Origin: Octopus vulgaris
Taxonomy: Eukaryota
Length of the DNA: 64,000 bases
Direction of reading: 5' to 3'
NCBI GenBank assembly: GCA_951406725.2
Contig: OX597821.1
Span: 7,750,001-7,814,000, forward strand
Both the position numbers and the translations under genes were made by a program. This document shows, one piece after another, positions 51,011 through 64,000 of this stretch (its first letter is position 1; every line of letters starts with the position of its first letter). The notes under the pieces are model-generated. The model had not been told where the DNA came from. It did not search any database and saw only the letters and a list, made by a program, of their open reading frames with translations.

Positions 51011-51232
51011 CCCTTTAGTGTTCAGATTACTCTGTTAACTGTAATACTTTTTCACTCAAATTGTTTCGGATTAATCCTGGATTATTTTACAGCTTTGAGG
51101 TTTCAATGATATTGATTGTTTATTTTTAGAATGGCATTGTAGGTTAGGTGTGAGAAGCTAGATATTGCCAGTTTGAATATAAAACATGTAGAATATATTG
51201 GGCCGGATTTGGCCAGTTTAAACACTAAAGGG
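51011..51232. mobile_element. piggyBac-like MITE (opposite orientation to 37991)
   Basis: TTAA|ccctttagtg ... cactaaaggg|TTAA; a decayed third copy lies at ~21434-21640. Confidence 0.85.
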
Positions 51233-51421
51233 TTAAAGTAGAAAATGATACAATAGAAGATTTGATGCTATAGATACAATAGAAAATATGTGTGTGTGTG
51301 TGTGTGTACACACATACATATATATGCGTACATAAACAATAGATACACATGCCAATAAGGGGTGGGGTAACGAATGCGTGAGGGGGTGAGTGAAGATTAT
51401 GATGAGGTGTGCATATATATA

Positions 51422-52869
51422 TTGGGTTGGTAAGAAAGTAATTTCGTTTTTTCACAAATAGAGTTACAATTTTTTTTATGACTTTTGTCAATTAGCTTTT
51501 TTCCTTTTGACATTTGATAACCATTACTTTTAGCTTACTTTAGAAGCAAATTTCACATAATTTTAACAGCTGGTAGTTTAGTGTCAATTTTAACATGGAG
51601 TGCAAAAACGAACATTTTTGCCATATTTTGCTTTTTTATTTCCGTAAAAGCAAGAAAGCTGCTGAGGCTCACAAAGAGATATGTGGAATTTATCATGTTC
51701 ATTGCTTTAACAGAACGCACGTCATAAATCATCATCATCATCATCATTTAACGTCCGTTTTCTATGCTAGCATGGGTTGGACGGTTCAACTGGGGTCTGG
51801 GACGCCAGAAGGCTGCGCTAGGCTCCAGTCTGATCTGGCAGTGTTTCTACAGCTGGATGCCCTTCCTAACGCCAACCACTCCGTGAGTGTAGTGGGTGCT
51901 TTTTACGTGCCACCTGCACATAAAATGGTTTAAAAAATTTCATTCTGGAGATTTTTCACTCAAAGATGACCAACATTCTGGCTGACCTACTGAAGTCGAT
52001 GATGACTGAATCAGAGCCATCATTGAATCTGGTTGTCTTATAATTGTGCGAGAGATTGCAGAGAGGTTAAATGTATCACACACAACAATTGAGAATCACT
52101 TAAAATATCTTGGACTCGTTAAGAAGCTCAATATTAAGGTTCCACATAAATTGAAAGAGATTCACTTAACACAATGAATCAATATTTGCAATATGCATCT
52201 CAAACGCAATTAAATCGGCCTCTTTTGAAACAAATCATCAATCAAAAATGATCAGGTTCCAAGTGTAATGAACCAGCACAAACCACATCAAAAGCTGAAT
52301 TGCATAAAAGAAAAAAAAAGAAAGGCTATGCTGTCAATTTGTTGGTATTACAAAGGTGTTGTGTATTTTGAGCTACTTCCAAGGAACCAAACAATCAATT
52401 CAGATGTTTATTGTCAACAACTAATGAAACTGGAAGAAGCAATCAAAGAAAAACAACCTGAATTAGCTAACAGTATTAGCTAATCATGTTCTACCATAAA
52501 AACGCTAGACCACACAAGCCTTTGGTAACTCGTGAAAAGTTACTGGAGCAGAGTTGGGAAGTAATGTCACATCCACCAGATAACCCTTGACCTTGCACCA
52601 TCAGATTACCATTTATTTCGAAGTTTGCAAAATTCTTTGAATGGTAGAACTTTCAATATGATGACCTGAAATCACACTTGCTTCAGTTTTTGGCTGATAA
52701 GGAAGGACCAGAAGTTCTATGAGTGTGGAATTGAAGTTACCAAAAAGATGGCAAACGGTTATCAAACAAAGTGGAAAATATAGAATTGTTCAAAGTTCAT
52801 TCTTCGTGTGAAAAAAAATTACTTTTATTTCACACTAAAAAAAACGAAATTACTTTCTTGCCAATCCAA
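51422..52869 (+). mobile_element. Decayed mariner with nested RTE-tail insertion (~51728-51920)
   Basis: TIRs ttgggttggtaagaaagtaatttcg / cgaaattactttcttgccaatccaa; MECKNEHF..LLFYF, GVVYFELLPRNQTINSDVYCQQL, LAPSDYHLF. Confidence 0.9.
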
Positions 52870-53436
52870 TATGTGTGTGTGTATATATATACACACATAC
52901 ATACCTATATATAGATAGAGAGAAAGAGAGGTAACAAAATAACAAAAATACATCATCGAAATTATTTTTTTGTTTCGAAATTGTAAAATCTGTCAACTCC
53001 ATGATGGGAGTTTTGAAAAAGTTTAAGAACAAAAAAATTGATGGGGAGGGGGACCCTAATCTCTTATTTTGAAACACAATCTAGGAAATTCTTAAAGAGA
53101 TGTGGAGAATGCCATGCATATACAGACATGCGTCTTTTTTATTATTATTTTACTTGGACTGCGGCCATGCTGGAGCACCAACTTGAAGGGTTTAGTTGAA
53201 CAAGACTTATTCTATCGGGTCTTTTGCTTAACAAGTAAGTTACAGGAACATAAATAAATCAACACCAGTTGTCAAATGGCATAGTCTCACACACACACCT
53301 ACAAGGGGCTTCAACACAGTTTCCGTCAACCAAGTTCATTTGCAAGACTTTGGTTGGTCCGGGGCAATGTAAGCAAACATGTCCAAGGACCGAGCAGCAT
53401 GACTAAACCTGAAAGGACATGGTTGCAAAGGGAGCT

Positions 53437-53698
53437 TGGCAAGAGTTCTGTCCGTCCCTCCCCCCCCTTTTTTAATTATATTTTTCGACATAACACCACC
53501 ACCCCTTCGGCTACGGGGAATACGAATCTGCAAAAAGCAGCATTTTTAAATTACACCCCACCCCCATTTCCTTCATTTTTTTTTTTTTTACTTTTTTCCG
53601 ATTTTTTTTTCAAAAATATGCAGAAAAATACGGAGATAATGATTCTGAAAAAATTTCCAAACATTTTTGTAAAATTTTTTTTTTAAGATTTTTTTTTT

Positions 53699-53729
<31 letters not shown>

Positions 53730-54049
53730 CGTCCTCGCGTACTGTGTTTTTTTTTCTGTGTTTTCTTGTTTGGATTAACTATATATATATATATATACGG
53801 GAAAATGTGGACATTATGATTTAGATAAAAATTTCAAACCATTTCAGTACTTACGGTTAGGGGGTTAGGGTTAGGGTTTTAGGAAAAGCCAAATTTGAAG
53901 AATTTGGGGGGAGAAGGGGGGAATTTAACAATGCCGATTTTTGGCAAATTTTCGGAACCTCCGTTTTTGAGGGAAAAAAAAAATTTTTTTTTTTAAATAA
54001 ACTAATTTCAGAGAAAAGGGTGGGGCGGGCGAAAGTCTTTCCGGGAGCT
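53437..54049. mobile_element. TIR-bounded insertion in a SINE containing a short (TTAGGG)-like tract
   Basis: Imperfect TIRs ggcaagagttctgtccgtccc / ggggcgggcgaaagtctttcc; SINE sequence resumes at cttcttaaccacac. Confidence 0.5.
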
Positions 54050-54441
54050 CTTCTTAACCACACACACACACACACCCATGCCTGCGCCTACACTGAGGTG
54101 AATCTGAGTAGCAACAATAATCTGTGCCCGATAAAAAACATTTGCACCCAACTTCTGTATTGAGTACTATTTCCTCTAATTTGTAAAGTGAAACCGTACA
54201 CACGTGTAAGTATGAGTGTGACGAGCGCTGACGTCGCTTGCTGTCAAGTTGAACACATGAAGGCAACGGGATTAGAAAAACATAAAGATAAATACACTTG
54301 GTTTAAGTAGGTATTTCGTGGCTTACAGGTGATGAAAACCTGCCCAAACGTGCAGAAAAAGAAAATGACAGCTCGCATTATTTTCTTTGTAAACGCTCTA
54401 TTAACAGTGAAACAAATAGACGAGAGACGGGGATATATATA

Positions 54442-54821
54442 TCTTTATATATAAAAGTGAGGTTGTGTGAGTGTCTGTCCCCTACGATTTAGATTCCTAA
54501 CTACTCCCACATTTTGCGGTGCAGCTTAACCAAAACCGGGTATCTTATAGTCGTGATTCATATCGAGCCCTTCTGGGTATTAGCGCGCGTCTATGATGAG
54601 TCTACGATTTTAAAAAAAAATTTACCATCATTTTCCATTTTAATGCATTTTTTTCGCTATTATATAAGGGAAGTAACTCTCTAAAAATGTCTACGATGAG
54701 TCAACGATTTTTTAAAAAATTTACCATCATTTTTATTCCATTTTTTTTGCTATTACTCTCTTAAAATGCTTATATAGTTATTTCCCTTACAAACCCGAGC
54801 AACGCCGGGCGATACTGCTAG
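54442..54821 (+). mobile_element. Non-autonomous Helitron (same family as 24316)
   Basis: TC start, same 5' ~190 bp, same hairpin, CTAG|T end. Confidence 0.85.
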
Positions 54822-55393
54822 TGTATATATATATATATATATATATCCAGAGAGAACGAGAGAGGGGGGGTTATAGTGCTCATTCATAGTTGTGGGTAAG
54901 CACTTTCACCCAGCACGGTGAAGCACAAACTACAAAGAGCTCGGAAATGACTCAGCTTGGCTGCCCCGTGGCCTCTTTTTTCGTTTCTTTAAATTAAACT
55001 GTAGGTTCCTAATTATTTGTCTTAAAATATCAGGTTTAAAAGTCACCGTCTCTTCACGTAGTTTGTTATTTAATATGTGTGAGTCTATATATATATATAT
55101 ATATATATATAATGAAACACACCTATAAACGACCACAATAGACCACAATTGTTATTATTAACTCTTCAAAAATCATTGGACGTTAAATAAACTAGGAAGA
55201 AATAGAAGAAAACTCGAAAGAAACCTGACAAGCTGAAAGGTAATTAGAGAAGAAGGGAAAAACGTTGTAAAAAGCAAATGACAAGGGTTTTAGAAAGGAG
55301 AGAGAGAGAGACCGTCCATTTTGAAAATAAGACTCATGCAACCAAATTGCCCCAAGCTTCTCTTACTAAAAACTGTGTGTCTGCCCTCTGTAC

Positions 55394-55401
55394 CTCAACA
55401 T
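55394..55401 (-). CDS. Candidate TCERG1 initiating coding fragment ATG TTG AG|gtacag
   Basis: Phase-2 donor would join the 30549 exon to give [11 protein letters not shown]; in-frame TAA just upstream; lies in the CpG-rich zone. Donor and start context are only moderate; speculative. Confidence 0.25.
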
Positions 55402-56482
55402 TCGTCGGTATTAGTTCCAATAAATGCGACTTAACTCGAAAAACGACGTAAACCGAAAAAAATGTTTATAAATTTATTAGTTTATATCTTTCTTAATAAA
55501 TGGTTTATACATATTTTCACATGTATTTTTATTAGATTTTTTTTCCCACTTAAGTATTGGTTTTTAGGTAGCTTTACAACAGATATACCGTTAAATATGT
55601 TCTCTGAGACCGACGTAAAGTCGGATAAATCGACTGAAATTGAGAGGGGGGGAGTTCCAGTAAATACGTAACCCGAAACGAATTACGTTGAAGGATGCCT
55701 GTATTTCATATACGTATACCCCCTATACGTCTGTGTTTCGAAAAAAAAACAAATTGAAGACACCAGAACGAAACTACCCGTTACTGGTATTTTATAATAA
55801 GCTGTTAATGAGAGAAGGCAGAGGGAGTAAAAAAAAAAAGGTAATTAAAGGGAAAAAGCAGGTGACTGATCCCTCACTTTATACACCTTAGGCAAAAGTT
55901 TAAAATGAGGTTAAGATATTCAATGGTGGCGTAGTGGTGGTGGAGGTGAATGTGATAGATGTGTTTAGGAGGGAAATAAATTATGTCACTGCATGCAGAA
56001 TATTAATAATAATAATAATAATTAAGCGGAAGGATATGGACTAAATAGAAAACTGGAAAGTCACGAGTAAATCTGATTCAGTATCAGTGCCCGGTGTCAA
56101 TTGCTTTTAACACACACATATATATATATATACACACGCAAGGAAGCTAAGTGAACAAGGCATTTATGTATTATTTTCAATTACTATTTAACAAAATCTG
56201 AATGGCTGATTTCTTTAACTATCTATCTATATATATAATAAATAAATTAAACATATGCATATATATATATATAGATATATATATATACTACTTTACTCCT
56301 TTATTTGTTTCAGTCATTTGACTGCGGCCATGCTGGAGCACCGCCTTTAGTCGAACAAATCGACCCCGGGACTTATTCTTTGTAAGCCTTATTCTATCGG
56401 TCGCTTTCGCCGAACCGCTAAGTGACGGTTGTCAGGCGATGTTGGAGGGGACACAGACACACAAATATATACACACACATAC

Positions 56483-56536
<54 letters not shown>

Positions 56537-56676
56537 GACGGGCTTCTTTCAGCTTCTGTCTACCAAATCCGCTCACAAGCTATAGTTGAAGACACTTGCC
56601 CAAGGTGCCACGCAGTGGGACTGAACCCGGAACCATGTGGTTGGTAAGCAACCTACTTACCACACAGCCACTTATA

Positions 56677-56726
<50 letters not shown>

Positions 56727-56770
56727 ATCCAAACAAGAAAACACAGAAAAAAAAACAGTACGCGAGGACG

Positions 56771-56826
<56 letters not shown>

Positions 56827-57507
56827 ATATACACACAAACATACATACATATATACATACACAAACATATATATATACGCACACATTCACATTGTGTTTA
56901 CAACACTGGCTACTGGTATCTGTCTGTAAGTCCGATAAAAAGCTTTATAAAATCTATTTTAAACGTTAATTCTTCACACATGCATAGATGCAATAAAGAA
57001 ATAAATATAGGCAATCTTTCGTTTTTAGTAAAAACGAAAGATTGTCAAAATGGCGAACAAATCATTGCTGTTGTATCCTGAAGTCATTCGGGATCTTGCA
57101 ATATATACCAGGCGACGCAACCAAGATTTTTCGAACCTCTATTTATGTCCATGAATGTCTGTCCTTGTTTGTCCCCTCTCTGTTTAGCCCCTTGTGGGTA
57201 GTAAAGAAATATATTTATGTCCATGAAACATTCCATTTACTGACTCACCTCGGTCACTTCATTTTACGATTAGAAATCATCGAATGTTGATTCAAATATA
57301 TTGTACACGTAAAAATATAATATCATTACCATAAACCAACTTTGCATGGATCGGACGAAATGTTGAAGCTAATTTTCTACGACCAGATGCCCTTCCTATC
57401 GCCAACCCTTACCTGTTTCAAAGGGAGATATATTTCGCCCATGGCCAGAGAATAGAAAACGAAAGACGCCGCTTGTGTAACTGATACTCGTTACCGTGTG
57501 ATATCAA

Positions 57508-57773
57508 CAGGGTCGGTTTTAAACCAGTTGGACAAACTTGTTGAAATTGGGTCCCGCCCCAAGAGAGGGCCCTATGCACATGCTCGAGCGGAGGACAATA
57601 TGATGAATTTTTAGTATATTACTGTGACTAATGGCGGAGCCTCAAGCCCTCAAAGATTTTTTCTTTGACTAGGACTGACATACTACACGAAGCATAAAAC
57701 ATCAATCTTCTGCTTTTGTAGGTCCCACTGACAATTCTCTAATTAAGCCCCGGACTTCCTAGCGCCGACCCTG
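57508..57773. mobile_element. hAT MITE
   Basis: cagggtcgg..ccgaccctg TIRs; 8-bp TSD gatatcaa/gatatcag. Confidence 0.8.
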
Positions 57774-60675
57774 GATATCAGGGTAAGGAAACAGTAACAC
57801 ATACACACAGGGGGCTTCTTTCAGTTTCCATCAACTGAATCCACTCACATAAGATTTAGTCGACCCGGAACTATAATAAAAGACATTCGCCCGAAGTGTC
57901 ACGCAGTGAGACTGAACTCGGAACCATGTGGTTGGGAAGCAAACTTGTTACCACCCAGCCATGACGGCGCTATAAATGCAGTCTTTAAATAATGCATATT
58001 ATGGATCTTTTGGTTGGAATTACCTCTATGCAGTTTTTCTATATCTATTACGATTATCGCAACTATTAGACCCACTAAAGCAATACCTTTCCATGCAATG
58101 GGACAGAACCCGAAACTGTGAGGTTGGAAGCAAAATTCTTGCTACACAGCCATGTCTGCTCTTAACAGAAATATGTATGTATAGTGATGAAACAACGCAC
58201 TAGAACCAGAAGCGTGAAATCGGAGTGTTGGAGCCTCAGTCAATTATTGGGTTAGTGGAATCGGAAAAAACGGATCGACTTCAACTAAATAGGAATTGTG
58301 ATATAAAATTGCGGAGTCGTAGTCAAAACGTCTGTAAACTAAGTTCCGGCCCTGCAACAATGTGTGTGTGCTAGCGTTTAGTTGTTATGGTCACTGGACT
58401 GTGGTCATGCTGGGGCACCACTGCTTCGAATGGTTAAGTCGAACAAATCGAGCCCACCACCTCGTATTTATTTTATAGGTCTCTTTTTGGTGACCTGCTA
58501 AGTTACAGGGACGTAAATAAACCAACTACCGTTGACAAGCAGTGCTAGTGAGGAACAAACACAAAACACACACAACGAGCTTCTTTCAGTTTCCGTCATC
58601 CAAATTCAATCACAAGGCATTGGTTGACCTGAGGCCACAATAAAAGACACTTTCCCGGGATGCCACGCAGTGGGACTGAACTCGGAATCATGTGGTTGGG
58701 GGAGCAAACTTCTTACCACACAGCATTTAAATAAAACATACTGTGAATCTTTTCAGTTCGAATTACCTCTATACTCTGCAGCCATGCTGGAGCACCGCCT
58801 TTAGTCGAGCAAATCAACTCCAGGACTTATTCTTTGTAAGCCTAGTACTTATTCTATCGGTCTCTTTCGCCGAACCGCTAAGTGACGGGGACATAAACAC
58901 ACCAGTATCGGTTGTCAAGCAATACTAGGGGGACAAACACAGACACACAAACATACACATATTTTCAGTTTCCGTCTACCAAATCCACTCACAAGGCTTT
59001 GGTTGGCCCGAGGCTATAGTAGAAGACACTTTCCCAAGATGCCACGCAGTGGGACTGAACCCGGAACCATGTGGTTGGTAAGCAAGCTACTTACTACACA
59101 GCCACTCCTGTGCCTATGTAGTTTTTACATACCTATTGCGAATATCACAACTAATAATATCCACTAAAACAACACTGTTCAATGCTCTAATGAAAATACT
59201 GCAATAAATACTAAACATCACTGTAAATATTGTTTAAATAATAATACTAAACAGTACAAGTTGCTGTAAGCAGTTGCCTAAATACTGAGCTTTATTATTG
59301 TAAATGCTGAGAGTCAAATCAATATTCAATATCACTGTAAACATTAAGGCGAAAGGATGGCAGATCATTAGCACGCCAGAGTTAGTGCTTAGCGGCATTT
59401 CGTCCGTTTTTACGTTATGAGTTAAAATTCTGCCGAGGTCGACTTTGTCTTACATCCCTTCGGGGTCGATGAAATAAGCACCAATTAAGCACTGGGGGTC
59501 GATGTGAGCGACTTAGCCCCTCCCTCAAAATTACTGAACTAGTGCAAAAATTTCAAGCCAATATTAATACTAAACAGTTGGTTAATTACTGAATTAACCT
59601 ACTGTTAATTCAATAAACTAAACATTTCTGTAAAGTACGGTAGTTTAATTCCTTTGCTTGCTTCCGTCGGTGGTCAGTGGTCATGCTGGAGCAACAACAT
59701 AGGTTTTAGTCAAACTGGATCCCAGCTAATTTGCTTTGAAATCTGGTAAGTATTCTATCGATTTTCTTGCCAAACTAAGCTGTGGGGAAGTAAACAAACC
59801 AACATCTGTTGTCAGGTAGTAAAGACACGTAGGAGAAAGGCTTTCCAAATTCACTCACAAGGTATTGGATGATCTGGGGGCGCAACAGTACAAGGCACCA
59901 CACGGAGAGACCTAAACTCAAAACCACGTGGTTGTGAAGTGACTTCAATCAAAGGGCTATGTCTGCTCCTTAATATTGAACATTGCTAAGGTGGCAAGAT
60001 AGCAGAATCGTTAGCACGGTAGGTGAAAACCTTAGCGGCATTTCGTTTGTCTTCACGTTTTGAGTTCAAATTCCGCCGAGGACAACTTTACCTTTCGTCC
60101 TTTCAGGATTGATAAAATAAGTACCAGTTGAGTACAGCGGTCGATGTAATCGACTTAGCCCCTATCCCGAAATTGCTGGCCTTGTACCAAAATGTGAAAC
60201 CAATATTGACCATCACCATAAATTTGGGGGGAGTAAATAACACTTAATATTACTGTAAACAATTAAATACTATTATTGTAAATACTGTTCTTTTCATGAT
60301 ACAAAACGTGCGCACAGGCATGGCCGGGTGGTAAGAGGTTTACGTCCCAACCACACAGTTTCAGGTTCAGCACCTTGGGTGTCTTCTACTTATAGCCCTG
60401 ACCAAAGCCTTCTGAGTGGATTTGGTAGGCGGGAACTAAAATAAGCCATATATATGTGTGTATATATATATATATATCAAATGGAAATTGTAGTTGTGAT
60501 ACCAGTGCCGGTGACACGTAAAAAGCACTCCCGGAGTGGTTGGCGTTAGGAAGGGCATCCAGGTGTAGAAACAGTCAGATCAGACTGGAGCCTGGTGCAG
60601 CCTCCTGGCTCTCCAGACCCCGGTCAAACTGTCAAACCCATGCTAGCATGGAAAACGTACGTTAAACGATGATGA

Positions 60676-60722
<47 letters not shown>

Positions 60723-63255
60723 TACAATATGCAAATGGAGACATAATTAATAAATTATTATTTATTAGTTAAAAATAAATATATATATAAACCATGGTTT
60801 ATATAGGTACCACCTTACAACTGAATAGTAATTGTAATGTTAAACATTCTTTTTATAGGTAACTAACCAGCACCTTCATAGGAGTTTGCAATCCCTTAAT
60901 GTGGTTTGTAACCTTTATTTGAGCTTATATATCATCATCGTTTAACGTCCACCTTCCATGCTGGCATGGGTTGGACGGTTTGACAGAGGCCAGCCAGGCA
61001 GAAAACAACATCAGGCTTGTGTGTTTTGGCATGCTTCTTACAGCTGGATGCCCTTTCTAACACCAAGCACCCCACAGATTGCTTTTTATGTGGCACCAGC
61101 TGGATACTCTTCCAAATGCCCACACACACACACAGATATACGTATGTTTGTATTTGTCTCACCATTGCTTGACATCCCTGTAACAGCAGTTTGGCAAAAA
61201 TCAATAGAATCAGTACCAAAACTTTAAACAAAAAATAAGTAGCCAGTGCTCTTAACCACAACGCCATATGCCCGTGGGCCACTAACCCCAAGATTCCAAG
61301 TTCGATTCCAAGCAGTGACTTGAATAATAATAATAAATAAGTACTTCGGTTGAGTTGTTCAACTAAAAATTTTACCCCAGCATGGCAACAATTCAATGAT
61401 TGAAACAAGTCTGAGATAAAGGTATGATGGTTAACAGTTGGTTTTACAGTAAATAATACTAAATACTAAATATGACTGAAACACTGTTCTTTACATAATA
61501 CTAAATTACAGTATGATGCATAAATAAATATTTAATCAATGAACATCAAAAGCTGTTAGAGAAATATTTTTAGAGATAAAAAGAAGCCAGCAGCTGTCAC
61601 AAAATATCCAATGAAACTGATTAAAAAATTTGGTTTTGTTTGAATTTTTACCAATAACATGACTAATGTAACATTGGATTTAATATCCCACTACAAAATG
61701 CAAATTATGATCAGACTAGATGCTATAAAAATCCCTTTTAATCTACGCTAATGACAAGACTTTTATAGCCAAACTAAACAACTTATTGTATAAATTGGAG
61801 AATCATCAACGTTATTAAAACTGATTTTAATACAACAAAGTCCTTTCAAAAAACTTAATTTAAAACTAAATTTAGCTGTTTATTCTCAATCTATTGGAAA
61901 TCATGCACGCATCTCTCTCTCTCTCTCCTTCTCTCTGTATGTGTGTTAATATACACACAATTCTTTTACTTGTTTCAGTCATTTGACTGTGGCCATGCTG
62001 GAGCACTACCTTGAGGGGGGTTTTAGTTGAACAAATCAACCCCATGACTTATTCTATCAGTCTCTTTTGCTGAACCACTAAGTTACAGAGACATAAGAAC
62101 ACCAACATTCGTTGTCAAATGGTGATGGGTGGGGGCAGACACAAAGACACACACACACATGGTGGGCTTCTTTCAGTTTCCGTCTTCCAAATCCACTCAC
62201 AAGATTTTCGTCAGCCCGAGGCCACAGTGGAAGACACTTGCTCAAGGTGCCACACAGCAGAACTGAACCCAAAAGAGAGAGAGAGAGAGAATTTATATCT
62301 AGAAGGAACTGTAGTGTTCTTGTTCTAAAAGGATGTTAACATTTTTGAATACTCATGAAAGGACGTGCTGGTGGCACATAAAAAGCACCCACTACACTCT
62401 CAGAGTGGTTGGCATTAGGAAGGACATCCAGCTGTAGAAACCTTGCCAGATCAGATTGAAACCTTGTGCAGCCTCCTGGCTTGCCAGTCCCCAGTCAAAC
62501 TGTCCAACCCATGCCAGCATGAAAAACAGACGTTAAACGATGATGATGATGATGAGGTAGATGTAAATATGATATACAGAAATAGATAAGAGGAGTCACA
62601 TAAGCATGGCTATATAGTTAAGAAGTTTGCTTCCAAATGCTATGGCTTCAGGTTCAGTCCCAATGAGCAGCACCTTGAGCAAGTGTCTTTTGAAATAACC
62701 ATGGTTTCACCTAAGAACAGGAGTGGATTATGTAAGTGAAAAGAAGCCTGTTATACAGTTTCCATCAAATCCACTTACAAGGAATCAGTCAACCTGGAGA
62801 TGCACAAGGAACTGTGGAGTGAGACAAAACCAGATACTTGCAAAGCAAACTTCTTAGCCACACAGCTAAGACATGCACGTATATACATAAATCACAAATT
62901 ATACACACACACATATATCATCACCACAATTGTATGCATGCATGCATGTATGTTATATATATATATCCAAAACTAGGGAATAGAGTAGATAAAATCCAGG
63001 TTATATATGTTTTATAGCTAGCAGAAACCTCAGAAGTAGTAAGTCCCCAAATGAGGAGTAACCCGCTTGCTACTTGTTGGGCTAAAGGGACCATAATCAA
63101 ATCAAGTTTACATTGTCATCAAGGGATCCCATGTTAACTCATAGGAGATTCAATCCAAAAATAAACCACCATTGTTCCTGAAAGTTGTTTTTGATGCCTT
63201 CTACAGACTGCTTAAAGTTTACTGATTTCCTACACCTTGATCCTTGGATATTACC

Positions 63256-63291
<36 letters not shown>

Positions 63292-63342
63292 ACAAAGTAA
63301 AGTTGTAAGATACCACATAAAGGGAAATACATATGAAAGAAG

Positions 63343-63540
63343 GTTTGAAAATGCAATTTTAAAGATGTTTATTCACTTGAATATCAGAATATATATATCT
63401 GTATTTTAATACTTTTGTGACAACCAGTACTTAACACAACAAAGCTTATACAAATCTTTACATTTTGCTTTTGACAATCTTTTTCTAAAAAAGTGAAACC
63501 GGTCAAGTGAATAAACATCTTTAAAATTGCATTTTCAAAC
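63343..63540. repeat. 38-bp perfect inverted repeat, Penelope pLTR-like inversion
   Basis: gtttgaaaatgcaattttaaagatgtttattcacttga / tcaagtgaataaacatctttaaaattgcattttcaaac; hammerhead 3' half GAAACCGGTC at 63495-63504. Confidence 0.7.
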
Positions 63541-63548
63541 TTTTTTTT

Positions 63549-63596
<48 letters not shown>

Positions 63597-64000
63597 TATA
63601 TATATATTATATATATACACACACACATATATATATATATTATATATATACACACACACATATATATTATATATATACACACACACATATATATATATAT
63701 ATAAAGTAAAATGTAGTCAATATGTCCATCAAAATACAATCTTAAAAGTATAGCATTGGATAACAGTACTTTCTACAGCATTGGGCTGACCAAAGCCTTG
63801 TAAATGGATTTGGTAGAAAACTAGAAGCCCATTATGTGTGAATATATACATGTGCATGTGTGTGTGTATAAACAGTAAAATAATAAAAAGAAAGTTCTTG
63901 GTATAGTATTATATATTTGAAAGAAATGAGTCGAGGTGGCTTTTTGAGGGGACAATTTTGATAATAATGTTTACAGTGAGTTTCAAGCTTCAAATAGCTG

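Larger units (their letters stand above)
54100..58350. promoter_or_regulatory. CpG-retaining region, likely promoter/5' end of TCERG1
   Basis: CpG dinucleotides are visibly frequent in non-repeat sequence here compared with the CpG-poor gene body; YY1-like CAAAATGGCG at 57046-57055; consensus donor GAG|GTGAGT on minus strand at 57249. Confidence 0.5.

Noticed and set aside
53856-53880. Interstitial telomere or chromosome fusion scar
   Set aside because: Only about three imperfect TTAGGG units, inside a TIR-bounded insertion.
57050-57154. Divergent plus-strand gene start MANKSLLLYPEV
   Set aside because: Only 34 codons, no good donor and no downstream exons recognised in 57-64 kb; better read as a YY1-like motif.
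63085-63132. Another hammerhead on minus (gggatcc-cttgatga..ggtccc)
   Set aside because: Stem I-like pairing exists but the core is degenerate, with no GAAA or stem II.

Overview
AT-rich eukaryotic (metazoan) genomic DNA; the SINE/RTE/mariner repeat complement and dense (TA)n/(CA)n/(CAT)n microsatellites look like an Octopus (coleoid) genome (inference). The window holds most of one minus-strand gene, an orthologue of TCERG1/CA150. I assembled 13 phase-consistent GT-AG exons from 30549 down to 3123 (2458 nt, ~819 codons: Pro/Gly/Met-rich N-terminus, WW1-3, FF1-2). The remaining FF exons should lie left of the window, and the first exon/promoter probably lies in the CpG-rich zone at ~54-58 kb (not firmly located). 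Introns are packed with TEs: a young CR1 LINE, an RTE-type LINE with a PHD-like finger inside ORF2, four mariner relics, Helitron, hAT, piggyBac and pogo-type MITEs, and many tRNA-SINEs. The most notable unexplained signal is a set of Penelope-type minimal hammerhead ribozyme motifs: a canonical one at 25278-25365, a pair 879 nt apart at 41767-42680, one at 47117-47154, and 3' halves at ~48200 and ~63495. Three of the four complete motifs carry a CCGANGA core rather than CUGANGA. Also notable: a TE-free terminal intron with a structured poison-exon candidate and a possible TCERG1L-like truncated isoform, a 4.1-kb inverted repeat next to a splice acceptor, and a perfect 11x36-bp minisatellite.
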